64,000 bases of DNA from a virus. Each line of letters starts with the position of its first letter. Positions within the stretch are counted from its first letter, which is position 1. The stretch spans positions 17,704 to 81,703 of IMG/VR virus record IMGVR_UViG_3300035682_000017; one strand, 5' to 3'. Positions 36,431 to 46,895 of this stretch are shown here, one piece after another. The notes under the pieces were generated by a model, which saw nothing but the letters and a program-made list of their open reading frames with translations, had not been told where the DNA came from and did not search any database. Made by a program: the position numbers and the translations under genes.

Positions 36431-38290
36431 ATGGCAACTTTTAATCAAAAAGATATAGCTTCTACTTTGCAACCTAGCAAACCTAACTTGCAGTTTGACT
36501 TGCAGTTACTACAAGCTAAGGAAAGTTTGTATAAGGCTAACAAAAAAAAAGTTAGTGAGCTTTACGGTTCTATTTTAGATTCTGATGTTACAAGAACAGA
36601 CAGTCAAGAAAAAAAAGATGAGTTCTTCAAACAAATTTCTTCTGATATAAAATTACTTGGTAGTGTGGATTTCTCATTGGATTCAAATGTTGATGAGGCA
36701 AAAAATATGTTCAAATCTATTTATACAAATAAACAGGTTTTGAAAGATATGGTCTGGACAGAAAACTTTAAAAACCAATTACAAGCTGGTCAAAATTTAA
36801 AAGGATGTATAGATCCAAAAAAATGCAACGGTCAATGGTGGGAAGAAGGTGATAAATACATGGCTTATAAAAAACAAGAATTTATAAATGCCAGTAAAGG
36901 AGACATGCTAAATTTTTCTGATGTAGAATATGTTCCATATATAGACATTACTGCTAAAGGATTAAACATTGCTAAAGAAAAAAAAATTAGTGTTAAAAAA
37001 GATAAAGTAGTTGGTAATTATATTGTTACAACTACCAATGGAGTAAACGGAATTTCTGCATATACTGCTTTATTTGGTGCATCAATTGGAAGTGATCCTT
37101 CTGTAAAAGCAATGTATAAAGCTAAGTCTTATGTAGATAGAATGGATGGTGTTTACTCACTTATGCAAAACGGAGAAGCTGCATCATTTGAAGAAGCTCA
37201 AGTAAAGTTTTATGAAACAAAGAGTGAGGAGCTTGATCAAAAATTACAAGAGAAAGCGGATGTTCTTAATGTGGAAAGAGATTATCTAAAAGAAAAAGTT
37301 GATGAGTATGAAACTGCATATAAGAATGGAAAGTTAAAAGAAAATACACCTGAATGGGAAAAAGCATTGGAGGTAAAAGAACTATATGCTAATTCTTTAC
37401 GTATTGAAGAATATTTTGACTTAGCTGATAATGCAAAATTAAATATGAACAGGCAGTCTAATTTAAACTTCTTAAATGAAAGTTATGATACAAGAGCTGG
37501 TATTAATTTAATGTTTGATGATATTACTAAAGTTGCTTCCGCAATTTCAAATGCAAGTGAGGAAACAGAATTAACAGAGTCAAAATTTGCTTTAGAGAAA
37601 ATGAAATTTAATAATGATGTTTCTTTAGAACAAACAAAACTTGCTAATAAAAAGAATTACGCATTATGGAAAAAAGAAAACAACATTACTGATAGTGATG
37701 GAGATGGAGATGGAACAACTCCTGCTAAAGAAGAAAAAGCTAAAAATGATAGAGCTGCAGTTGCTAATAAAGCAGATGCGGCAAAAAATCTTGTTTCTTC
37801 TTTTAGTTTACAAGATGAAGTTAAAAAACAATATAAAGATATATATGGTTCTGATTTACCAGCTGACACAAAAGGTTTTCAAGCAGGTTCTCCTGAAGTA
37901 AAAGCTTATAAAAAAGCAGTTAAGGCTGCTAAAAATGAACTTATTAAATTAAAACGTGAGGCTAATGATGTAATTATAAATAGTAAAAAAAGAACTATGC
38001 CTTTACCATATCCTGAAGCTGTAACTCAATCTCAACTTTATTCGACATCTAATATTTTAAGTGATGATCAAGTAGATCAAGTTACAAACTGGATGCAAAA
38101 ATCAAATCTTTTAAATTCTGAAGGAACGCCTGTTGGAAAAATTGGTAAAAACTTTATGGGTTTATTAGAAAACGGTGATTTTAATAAATACTTTACACAA
38201 GGACTTACTATTTATGGATTGTGGAATATTTATAAAAAGAAAGGTGATTTGCAAGATGTAAAAGATTATTTAGGAGAAGAAGAAGAATAA
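36431..38290 (+). CDS. Helical cargo/ejection protein (619 aa)
   Basis: Helical/coiled-coil composition, position in the cargo block, YVPYID motif. Confidence 0.55.
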   Translation: MATFNQKDIASTLQPSKPNLQFDLQLLQAKESLYKANKKKVSELYGSILDSDVTRTDSQEKKDEFFKQISSDIKLLGSVDFSLDSNVDEAKNMFKSIYTNKQVLKDMVWTENFKNQLQAGQNLKGCIDPKKCNGQWWEEGDKYMAYKKQEFINASKGDMLNFSDVEYVPYIDITAKGLNIAKEKKISVKKDKVVGNYIVTTTNGVNGISAYTALFGASIGSDPSVKAMYKAKSYVDRMDGVYSLMQNGEAASFEEAQVKFYETKSEELDQKLQEKADVLNVERDYLKEKVDEYETAYKNGKLKENTPEWEKALEVKELYANSLRIEEYFDLADNAKLNMNRQSNLNFLNESYDTRAGINLMFDDITKVASAISNASEETELTESKFALEKMKFNNDVSLEQTKLANKKNYALWKKENNITDSDGDGDGTTPAKEEKAKNDRAAVANKADAAKNLVSSFSLQDEVKKQYKDIYGSDLPADTKGFQAGSPEVKAYKKAVKAAKNELIKLKREANDVIINSKKRTMPLPYPEAVTQSQLYSTSNILSDDQVDQVTNWMQKSNLLNSEGTPVGKIGKNFMGLLENGDFNKYFTQGLTIYGLWNIYKKKGDLQDVKDYLGEEEE

Positions 38291-38312
38291 ATAACAATTA
38301 AAATATTATAAA

Positions 38313-40469
38313 ATGACTGATTTTTTAAAACGTGTGCAACAAAGAATTTCTGAAAAAAATGAAGGTTCTATACCAACACCAGCAGTTTCTAGTTCTAAGC
38401 CAGCAGTTTCTACAGCAACTGTTTCTACTGCATCAGCAACATCAAATAAACCTGTTGTAAAATCAGATTGGCTTAAAGATGTACAACCATTAGCAGATCA
38501 ATTAAAAACTGGTTTAAATTATGAAGAACATGGTTACATTATGCGTGCTTATTCAGGTAGGTATGATGGTATAGCTAATGATCCAAATACAGATGCTGAA
38601 TTAAAAAAAACATTAAAGGCTTTAAAACATGGTGCTGTAACTCTTGCTGCTGGATTAAAAACAAAAAATGATAAACTCTACCAACAAGGTGCTTCTGAAA
38701 CATTTAATAATTGGCAGAAAGTACAAGAGTTAACTGTTAATGAAAACTCTGCATATAAAGTTGAATCAGATAATTTTAAATTATCAACTAAAAATCAAGC
38801 TGCAAAAAATAATGAACATCCTGTTTTTTATACAGACAAGCAAGGTAATGTTGAATCTACAGTTAAAATTACTGGAGAAGATAATATTAATAAAGAAATT
38901 TCTTGGTCTTATTTTTCACAAAAAGGAATGAATAACAGATGGCAAAGTAGTATTAAAAATCAAATTAAACCTGTATTAACTAATTGGTATGATCAATCAA
39001 CAAAATCACTTTACGGAAAGAGTGTAAATGCTGATGATAAATATAATGCCTATAATTTAAGTAAAGATTTACTTCAACATATTGCAGAACATGGAGATGA
39101 GAATAAAGAAAATAAAAAAGAAGCAAATGCAATTATAAAACAAATGTGGAAAGAGAAAACCATTGAAGGTAAAATTGAAGTTATTAAAAATAATAGAGCT
39201 GCAATTAAAGAACTTTCTGGAAAACTTGGATACTATGGTTCCACTTCTATATATAATAGACACGTTGATAAACTTAAAACAAAAGAGTTATATCATTCAG
39301 ATGATTTAGACAATATCAAAGAATCAATCAATGGCTATAGTGAATTTAAAAATTTTGATAAAAAAGTAAAAGCTGATGTTGCAACAAGATTAAAAAATTC
39401 TAATCCAAATGGAGATCCTGCATTTAATTATTTATTTAATGAAGACAATAATTTAAGATCATATTCAGAGTTTAAAAAATTATATTACAATAAAATTCCA
39501 TTAGATAAACTTACAGATGCTGGATACAACGTACAATATGCTTCTCAACAAACATATGATGCTGCTTATAACGAAGCTTCTGCAAAAACATATTCTGAAC
39601 TTACAAAACAATACAGGCTTGGTTATAACAATGTTGATATAAAAAACTTTAGCAATGATACCTTTTATGTTAATGGTATTGGTAATGAAGTTGTAAAAAT
39701 TGGAGGATATGAAAGTATTGATTTTACTTTAAGAGGTGATAACAAAACTATTAAAAACATTGGTAAATCAAACAAACAAAACTATGCTCAAAATGTTTTA
39801 AATAAAATTTTTGATGTAGATGGTAATCTTGAAAAAGATGTTGTAATTAAAAAAGATGTAGATGGTAATTTTGAAAGATACTTTGATTATGAATCATCAA
39901 CAAAAGATAAAGTTGGTTCTTCTGGAAAACCTACTGCTAAAAATTTAAAAGAAGCTTTTAATGAAGGTAGTCGTGCTGCATATTCAGAACCGCAAGACAT
40001 GGATGTGTTTAAATCTTATTTTAAAAATCCAAGACCTGATGTTGACATTTTATTTATTAAGCATACTGGTAATCAAAATTATTCTTCTTATGTTATAAAA
40101 GATAGAAAGACAAAAGAAACTTTACAAATGTATGTTCCAAAAAGTAGATTAAAAGATGACTACTTTTTTAAGAATACAGACATAGATAAATTTGAACATA
40201 ATTTTAGAATTACCGGTGAAAAAGTTTTGCCAGAAATTAAAGATAAAAGACCAGATGGCTCTGATATTTTTATGGGCCAGCCTTCTATTTCTATTAACAA
40301 TAAAAAAGGTACAAAAGAACTGCATTATACACTTGTTAATGATGAAGGAAAACCTGTTGATAAAGTGGTTACACTTGGATCAAATGAATCTATAAACATT
40401 AAAGAGGCTAATGATTATGCTAAAAAAAGATTAGCTGAAATTGTTAATTACTATAATACCAACAATTAA
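38313..40469 (+). CDS. Hypothetical cargo-region protein (718 aa)
   Basis: Long ORF with a low-complexity S/T/A/P N-terminal linker. No recognisable family. Confidence 0.5.
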   Translation: MTDFLKRVQQRISEKNEGSIPTPAVSSSKPAVSTATVSTASATSNKPVVKSDWLKDVQPLADQLKTGLNYEEHGYIMRAYSGRYDGIANDPNTDAELKKTLKALKHGAVTLAAGLKTKNDKLYQQGASETFNNWQKVQELTVNENSAYKVESDNFKLSTKNQAAKNNEHPVFYTDKQGNVESTVKITGEDNINKEISWSYFSQKGMNNRWQSSIKNQIKPVLTNWYDQSTKSLYGKSVNADDKYNAYNLSKDLLQHIAEHGDENKENKKEANAIIKQMWKEKTIEGKIEVIKNNRAAIKELSGKLGYYGSTSIYNRHVDKLKTKELYHSDDLDNIKESINGYSEFKNFDKKVKADVATRLKNSNPNGDPAFNYLFNEDNNLRSYSEFKKLYYNKIPLDKLTDAGYNVQYASQQTYDAAYNEASAKTYSELTKQYRLGYNNVDIKNFSNDTFYVNGIGNEVVKIGGYESIDFTLRGDNKTIKNIGKSNKQNYAQNVLNKIFDVDGNLEKDVVIKKDVDGNFERYFDYESSTKDKVGSSGKPTAKNLKEAFNEGSRAAYSEPQDMDVFKSYFKNPRPDVDILFIKHTGNQNYSSYVIKDRKTKETLQMYVPKSRLKDDYFFKNTDIDKFEHNFRITGEKVLPEIKDKRPDGSDIFMGQPSISINNKKGTKELHYTLVNDEGKPVDKVVTLGSNESINIKEANDYAKKRLAEIVNYYNTNN

Positions 40470-40480
40470 AATTTTTTAAA

Positions 40481-43400
40481 ATGGCAAATGAAATAAATCC
40501 AGGTAAACCTAAAAAAAAAGTTGACTCTTCTGAATTAGCAGACAAACAAGCATCTATAGCAACCGGTAAAGAACTTGGAAAATTAAGAGAGGGTAATTTT
40601 AAAAATGCTATGCAAGGTGGTCAAGTAAGTGCTACTAAAGTTGGTGTTGATAGATTTATTACTTACGGAAGTAAGACTTTTGGAAAATTAGGATTTGATC
40701 CAAATAGAGATAATGCTGAATTTTATAACAACCGAACTTCTACTAGTGATGAAATGTGGAGAAGTGTTAAAGGTGCTTGGAATTTAGCAGGTGTTGGTTT
40801 TCAAGATAGTATTTTTCTAGGTGCAGTTTCTGATAAAAATTCTTCTCAAAAGTTTTCAGACATCATGGCTGATTACCAAGTTGATGAAAGAAGAGGTAAC
40901 ACTGCATTTTGGGGAAACACTATTACTTCTGCTGGATATACTGCTGGTATTATTGGAGCTATTGCTATTGAAGAAATTGGATTAGGTATTGCTACTGGAG
41001 GTTTAGGATTACTTGGTTCTGGTGGTATTATTGGAAGAGGTGTAGATAATATCTTTACAGGTTTAGGTAAAAGTAAACTTGCTAAAGTTGCTGGTGGTGG
41101 TAGAACTCATATTGAAATGATGGAAGGCCTTGCTGAAGTTGAAAGAGCAAGAGAAGCTTATGACAGTTATAGCAAGTTAAAAAAAGTTGGACTTAGTTTA
41201 GGTGAGTTTGGTAAAGACATTGCAAAAGGTTTAAATCCTATTGGTAATACTGCTGGGTTTTTAAAAGACCTAGAAAAAATGAATGATGTTAACGGCTTTG
41301 TTAAAATGGCAAATGGAGCTGGAGCTTTATACAGAGATGCTAGAAAGTTTACTATGACTCATAGTGAATCTAAACTAGAAGCTGAAATGAACTCAAAAGA
41401 ATTTTTTAATAAAGAACTTGATGCACTATATAAAAAGAATCCTGGTGCAGAAATATCCGAATTAGATCTTGAAGATTTAAAATCTAAAACTCAAAATGTT
41501 TTTGAAAAAACTTACAACGCCAACTTTGCTTTAATCTATGCAACAACTGCAATTGCTTTTGATAATGTTTTCCGTAACTTAAAGTTTAATCAGAATTGGT
41601 TAAAATCTGCAGAAGCTGGTAAAAACTCTATGAGAAATATAGGTAAGTCTTCGGCTGAATTTGTAACAGAAAACTTAGGAATTAATTTATCAAGAGGTTT
41701 AAAAAATTATGCTAAACGTACATTTTCTATTGGAGGATTAACTAGAGCCACTTTAGGAAATATTGCAGAAGGTTACCAGGAATTACAACAAGATGGTATT
41801 TCAACTAGTGCTGTTAGTTTTGCTAAAAGAAGTAAGGTAACAAAACAAACTGAAGGTAACTATTTTACAAATCTATACAATGAGTTAGCAGACAATTTTG
41901 ATTTTGTTGCTAATGGATTAGAGTATAAATTTATTCCTAAAACAGGAAGAGAATTAAGTACGTTTTTATCTGGTGCTTTTATGGGTGTAATTGCTTCTCC
42001 AGTTTCTATGGTTACGCAAGGTGCTCAAAAACTCACACTAGGAAAAGGATACAAATCTTTTTCTAAATCTTACAGAGAAGAACAAGCTAAATCAAATAGT
42101 AAAAATCAAGCAATTGCTAAAGTTCTTAACATGACCTTTAGAGAAAATCTTGATAAAGCTTACGATGTAGTTAACAAGCCTTTATTTACACAGATAGAAC
42201 TTCAAGAAAAAATTCTTGAGGCTGTTGAAAAAGGAGATACAAAAGCATTAGAAGATTTAAAAGATGCTACTTTTGCTGTGCAAGCAAACATGTTGTTAGA
42301 AACAAATGCAGATGAGGATTTTGCTGAACATTTAGATCAAGCTGCTTCAAAACTTAATGATTCAGAATTAGCAGAATTTTTAGGAAGAACTAACATTGAT
42401 GCAGAGAACTCTTCTAAAGTGCGTAAGGTTTTAAAAGATAAGGCAACTACTCTTAAAAAATTAAGAGCTGTTAAAAATGAAATTGATGCTAATGTAGTTT
42501 CTCCAATTAATCCAAATCTTTTAAATAAGAAGGATCCAGAGTATGCTCAAAAATATCACACATACCAGGCGTTTCAATCATTGAAAAAAGAGTTGTTATA
42601 TTCTCATGCTGCTATTTTGCAAAATGTAAATAGAACAGAAGGAATTAGAAGTAAACTTTTAGATAACTCAAAAAATATAAATTTTAGTTCATTTGAAGTA
42701 GAAGCGTTATTAAGTAGTGCTGATTTAAAATCACAAGTTGAGTTATTAAAAACTGAAATAGAATCAGTTAAATCTATTGGTTCTAGTAGACCTGAATCTA
42801 AAAAAGAATTAGAAGTTTTAGAAAAAAAACTTGTGGCTTATACAGAGTATCAAAAAGCATATGAGAAATTAAAAACAACTAAGGATTCAAATTCGGAAGA
42901 ATATGCAGATAGTGTAGATGCTGTACAAGAAGCTTTTCAAAATGTTGCTAAAGCATATAATGAAAGAACTACAAATAGATTCTTAGAAGTTGAAGGTATG
43001 TCTACAGACATTGTTGATTACTTAACTTTAGGTGAAGAAAGAGATGCTTTACAACAACATGTAAACCTTTTAACAAATAAAGATTACGCTTTCAATTTTA
43101 TTACAGAAGCTGAAAAACAAAATAAAAAAGCTTTAGCAAATCTTCAAAATCATATTGAAGATTCATTAAATGAATTTGATAAAAGAAAAGCTGCTAATAC
43201 CATGATGAAAATATTATCTGAAAAAGGAATAATATTTGACATGAATGAAATTGATGACTTATTTGAAAAAGGAATAATGCCATCAAAAATTTATGATATA
43301 GCAAAAAATAGTTTTGCTAATTCAAAACAAGTAGCAGAAGCACAAACCATTATTAGTTCTATTTATAAAAACCTTACAGGTAAAAGTATTTTAAATGATA

Positions 43401-46400
43401 AATCTAAAATAACAAGAGCTGGTTCTCAAAGAGCTGACAATGATACTAGAACTGTTAAAAATATCATTAAAGAATATGGTCTTAAAATGGATGAAGACAT
43501 TGATTTGTCTACTCCAGCTGGTAAAAGAATTATTAAAAAAGTTCTAAATTCAAATAAGTTAAGAGCAACAGATGTTGAAATATTAAATGAACTTCTTGAA
43601 AAAGGTGGTATAATTAAATTTGTTACTAATGCTGAATTGCCAATTACTTTTGAGAAAGGTGTTACAACTATTGATTTAAGATTTGCTGGAGCTGATTACA
43701 AAGGAACCACTTTATCTTTTGAAGGATTATTTACAACAGCATTACTTCAGGATAAAGTTGCTAGAAGAATTACAACTGATTCTGAATTTGCAGGTGAGGT
43801 AACGCAGTTAATGCAACAAACTAAACAATCACTCATAGATAAAGATCAAAGTGCACCAGCAGCTTTCTTTACGGATCCTGTGTTGTTTCTAGTTGAAGCT
43901 ATGAACAATAGAGCTTTGCAACGTGAAATGCAATCTATTAAAGATGACACACAAGTTTCAGAAAAAAGTATTTGGGCTTCCATGGCTGCGTTAATCAAAC
44001 GTATAATTAAAAGCACTTTAGCAAATGATACTCTACTTGAGAGAGCAGTTTACTTAACTAAGACCGCAACTTCAGATGGAGAACTTATTAAAGTTGAGGC
44101 AAAAAATGAAGAGGAATCTGCTGTAGAAACTGAACAAGAAGTTCAACAAGAAGAACCTACAACTGAAACTGAACTTGGTTTTGAAACAGATCCTGTTCTT
44201 GATTTAGAAAATAGAATTGATCAACTTAAAGTTGAATTGGCAGTATATGAAAATGAATTACGTAAAGTAAATAAACTTACTTCATTTAGAAAGTACTCCC
44301 AGCTTCAAAAGAAAATAGCTGGTTTAAATATAATGATTAATGATTTATCTGTTGAATTAAATGATCTTGTACCTGCAGAAGTTGTTGATAAACCAAAACC
44401 ATTTTCTCCAGTTAATAGAGTAGCGGATGAAGATCAGTATGGAAATATTATTCTAAATGAGAATGCTCCATTAAATGCTTTTCCAAAAGACATACTTAAT
44501 GAACTTTCTAATATCTATGGTAAAGATGTTACTACTTTAAAAGATTATGAGGAAGAAGAATTAAGAAAACTTATATCTCAACATCCTTTAATTATTAAAA
44601 TATTGAAAGCTCACAATGATGATGTCTATTCAATAGCAGATGAGTATGCTATTCTTACTAGCAATGAACAGGCTATGGAAGAAGGCAAACTTCTTGCTGA
44701 AAAAAGAGCAGCTGCACGTGAAAAAAGTATTCAAGACAACAAAGAAGAAGCACGTAAAAATGCAACTTTACAAGAAGACATGACACCAAAAGATATACTT
44801 TGGTTTAAGTTTGAACAAGCAGGTTTGTCTACAGATAATTTAAGATTGTTAACTGACAAGCAAGCTGAAACTCTCTTTGTTAAAGTGCGTGCAAAAGAAC
44901 TTGATCTTAATGATGTATTTAAGTTTGTTGAAAAGAAAAAACTTTTAAAAGACCAAAGAGCTACTAAAAAGTTTCAAAAAGAATTAGACTTATTAATTAC
45001 TAATGAGCAAGAAGATTTAGATAAGCAAAAAGAAAAAGAAGAGGCTCTTCAAAAAATAATTGATGAAAACAGAAAATTATTATCAGGTAAAAACATTAGA
45101 AGACGTAAAAAGATTTCTGAAAATAGATCAAAAGTTGTAAAAACAAATGTTCCAAAATCACATATTTTATTTTATGAAACATACTTTCCAGAAGTTTTAC
45201 TTATTGAAGATGAAATTAAATTTATTGAATTTATAAACAATGTTATTAAAGCAAGAGTTAACAATGGTAGAGTAAAAGCTAAAGCTGCATCTTTTTCAAA
45301 AAACAAAAATGAAGCATTAAATCAACTTGTAGATTTATTTATTGAACTTGATCACGCTAAAGAATTATTTCCTACAGTTGCAAATACAATTAATAAACAA
45401 CTACGCGCATCTAATTTACCATATAGAATTACTATGACTCCTACTAATAAAGGTGAACAACTGGTTGGTAGTATGTATAAAATTAGACACGTAGGTGATA
45501 TTAAAAAAAGAATTTCTAAACCTAAAAGAATACTAGGAGTTAATGATATTTTTAACTATTCTCAAAAAAGAGAGTTTGTTAAAAGTTATTTACCTACAAA
45601 TCTTAATGGAGAAGCTGCAGTTGAATTAGCAGTTATTCAATGGTTTTTAAATGGTGGTCGCGTTAGTTCTGAATTTATAACTTCTCAAGTTGGTTCAGAT
45701 TCTTCAGAGTTAAAAGCTAAAAAATCATTAATTAGTGCTAATGGTAAAAATAGATTGGATACAATCTTAGATGATTATATAGATATTTTAGATGTTGACA
45801 TTACAGAAAATGTTGCAATTTCTTTGTTAAATGATTACAGCACCATTAAAGAAATGGTTGAAGGAATGTTTGATGCTATTAAAGCTAACATTGATTCTGA
45901 AGAAAATCAACAAGGTGGTTCTGAAGATGAAAATTGGAATAACTTTATTAATTCTGAAGAGGGATCTGATTTCTTAAAAGATATGTATGAAGATGCTAGT
46001 ACTTATGAAAAAGAAGAACTCAACTTACTTGAATTTTATGCAAGCCCTGAAGGTAAAAAATATACAGATGCCTACAATAAAAATGTAGAATCTTATTACA
46101 ATTCCACATTATTTCAAATTGAAATGGGTGCTTTTGAAGGAGATCCTAACACTTTAGAGGGTGCGGAAAGAGAAGCTTACATGACGGCTGTAAAAGAAAA
46201 TCGTTATGAAAACAAGTTAAACCAGGATGAGAATACTGATGATACTGAAGATGTTTCACAAAAACCAAAAAAGGAAACTGCTGAAACTAAAGATGCATTA
46301 ATTTTTGAAGAAAAATTAAATAAAGAATTTGATATTTTTTACAATAAAGTTTTAACTGAAAGTTCTGGGGATTTATTTAACAAGCCAAACTTTGTTTTTT

Positions 46401-46894
46401 ATAATACAGCTGTTGCCAAATTAGAAAAAGATTTTACACTTAAAAATTTAATTTTAACACTTGCTGCATTTAACCAGTTTGGAAGCATTACACCTGCTCA
46501 ACATCAAAAGTTTTCAAGTGAGATGGTGAATAAAATTAGTGAAATTTCTACTGCTAATTCAAAGGAAATCCTTATTATTAATAATAAGGCTTATGAATTA
46601 TTACCTGGATTGAATAACAAACAAGTTCAATTAAAAGAAATTGGATCTGATGAAATTATTCTTAAATCATTTGAAGAACTTCCATTAGTAGTTTCAAATG
46701 TAAATGTTTCTGGAGATAATGTTAAATCTAAAACTGCTGTTGATGTAGAAAAAGATGAAGAATTTGAACCTGTTAAAGATGCCCTGTTGAATGTTTTTGG
46801 TAACTTTAAAAAACTTTTTGAATCAGGTGAAATTCCTGATAATTTGAATGGTATCAAAGAAGAAATAATTAAAAACTTAAATAACTGTAAGTAA
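40481..46894 (+). CDS. Giant ejection protein with putative membrane-spanning segments (2137 aa)
   Basis: Gly-rich hydrophobic stretch AGYTAGIIGAIAIEEIGLGIATGGLGLLG, EGYQELQQ motif, long coiled coils, degenerate zincin-like domain. Directly upstream of RNAP. Confidence 0.7.
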   Translation: MANEINPGKPKKKVDSSELADKQASIATGKELGKLREGNFKNAMQGGQVSATKVGVDRFITYGSKTFGKLGFDPNRDNAEFYNNRTSTSDEMWRSVKGAWNLAGVGFQDSIFLGAVSDKNSSQKFSDIMADYQVDERRGNTAFWGNTITSAGYTAGIIGAIAIEEIGLGIATGGLGLLGSGGIIGRGVDNIFTGLGKSKLAKVAGGGRTHIEMMEGLAEVERAREAYDSYSKLKKVGLSLGEFGKDIAKGLNPIGNTAGFLKDLEKMNDVNGFVKMANGAGALYRDARKFTMTHSESKLEAEMNSKEFFNKELDALYKKNPGAEISELDLEDLKSKTQNVFEKTYNANFALIYATTAIAFDNVFRNLKFNQNWLKSAEAGKNSMRNIGKSSAEFVTENLGINLSRGLKNYAKRTFSIGGLTRATLGNIAEGYQELQQDGISTSAVSFAKRSKVTKQTEGNYFTNLYNELADNFDFVANGLEYKFIPKTGRELSTFLSGAFMGVIASPVSMVTQGAQKLTLGKGYKSFSKSYREEQAKSNSKNQAIAKVLNMTFRENLDKAYDVVNKPLFTQIELQEKILEAVEKGDTKALEDLKDATFAVQANMLLETNADEDFAEHLDQAASKLNDSELAEFLGRTNIDAENSSKVRKVLKDKATTLKKLRAVKNEIDANVVSPINPNLLNKKDPEYAQKYHTYQAFQSLKKELLYSHAAILQNVNRTEGIRSKLLDNSKNINFSSFEVEALLSSADLKSQVELLKTEIESVKSIGSSRPESKKELEVLEKKLVAYTEYQKAYEKLKTTKDSNSEEYADSVDAVQEAFQNVAKAYNERTTNRFLEVEGMSTDIVDYLTLGEERDALQQHVNLLTNKDYAFNFITEAEKQNKKALANLQNHIEDSLNEFDKRKAANTMMKILSEKGIIFDMNEIDDLFEKGIMPSKIYDIAKNSFANSKQVAEAQTIISSIYKNLTGKSILNDKSKITRAGSQRADNDTRTVKNIIKEYGLKMDEDIDLSTPAGKRIIKKVLNSNKLRATDVEILNELLEKGGIIKFVTNAELPITFEKGVTTIDLRFAGADYKGTTLSFEGLFTTALLQDKVARRITTDSEFAGEVTQLMQQTKQSLIDKDQSAPAAFFTDPVLFLVEAMNNRALQREMQSIKDDTQVSEKSIWASMAALIKRIIKSTLANDTLLERAVYLTKTATSDGELIKVEAKNEEESAVETEQEVQQEEPTTETELGFETDPVLDLENRIDQLKVELAVYENELRKVNKLTSFRKYSQLQKKIAGLNIMINDLSVELNDLVPAEVVDKPKPFSPVNRVADEDQYGNIILNENAPLNAFPKDILNELSNIYGKDVTTLKDYEEEELRKLISQHPLIIKILKAHNDDVYSIADEYAILTSNEQAMEEGKLLAEKRAAAREKSIQDNKEEARKNATLQEDMTPKDILWFKFEQAGLSTDNLRLLTDKQAETLFVKVRAKELDLNDVFKFVEKKKLLKDQRATKKFQKELDLLITNEQEDLDKQKEKEEALQKIIDENRKLLSGKNIRRRKKISENRSKVVKTNVPKSHILFYETYFPEVLLIEDEIKFIEFINNVIKARVNNGRVKAKAASFSKNKNEALNQLVDLFIELDHAKELFPTVANTINKQLRASNLPYRITMTPTNKGEQLVGSMYKIRHVGDIKKRISKPKRILGVNDIFNYSQKREFVKSYLPTNLNGEAAVELAVIQWFLNGGRVSSEFITSQVGSDSSELKAKKSLISANGKNRLDTILDDYIDILDVDITENVAISLLNDYSTIKEMVEGMFDAIKANIDSEENQQGGSEDENWNNFINSEEGSDFLKDMYEDASTYEKEELNLLEFYASPEGKKYTDAYNKNVESYYNSTLFQIEMGAFEGDPNTLEGAEREAYMTAVKENRYENKLNQDENTDDTEDVSQKPKKETAETKDALIFEEKLNKEFDIFYNKVLTESSGDLFNKPNFVFYNTAVAKLEKDFTLKNLILTLAAFNQFGSITPAQHQKFSSEMVNKISEISTANSKEILIINNKAYELLPGLNNKQVQLKEIGSDEIILKSFEELPLVVSNVNVSGDNVKSKTAVDVEKDEEFEPVKDALLNVFGNFKKLFESGEIPDNLNGIKEEIIKNLNNCK

Positions 46895-46895
46895 C

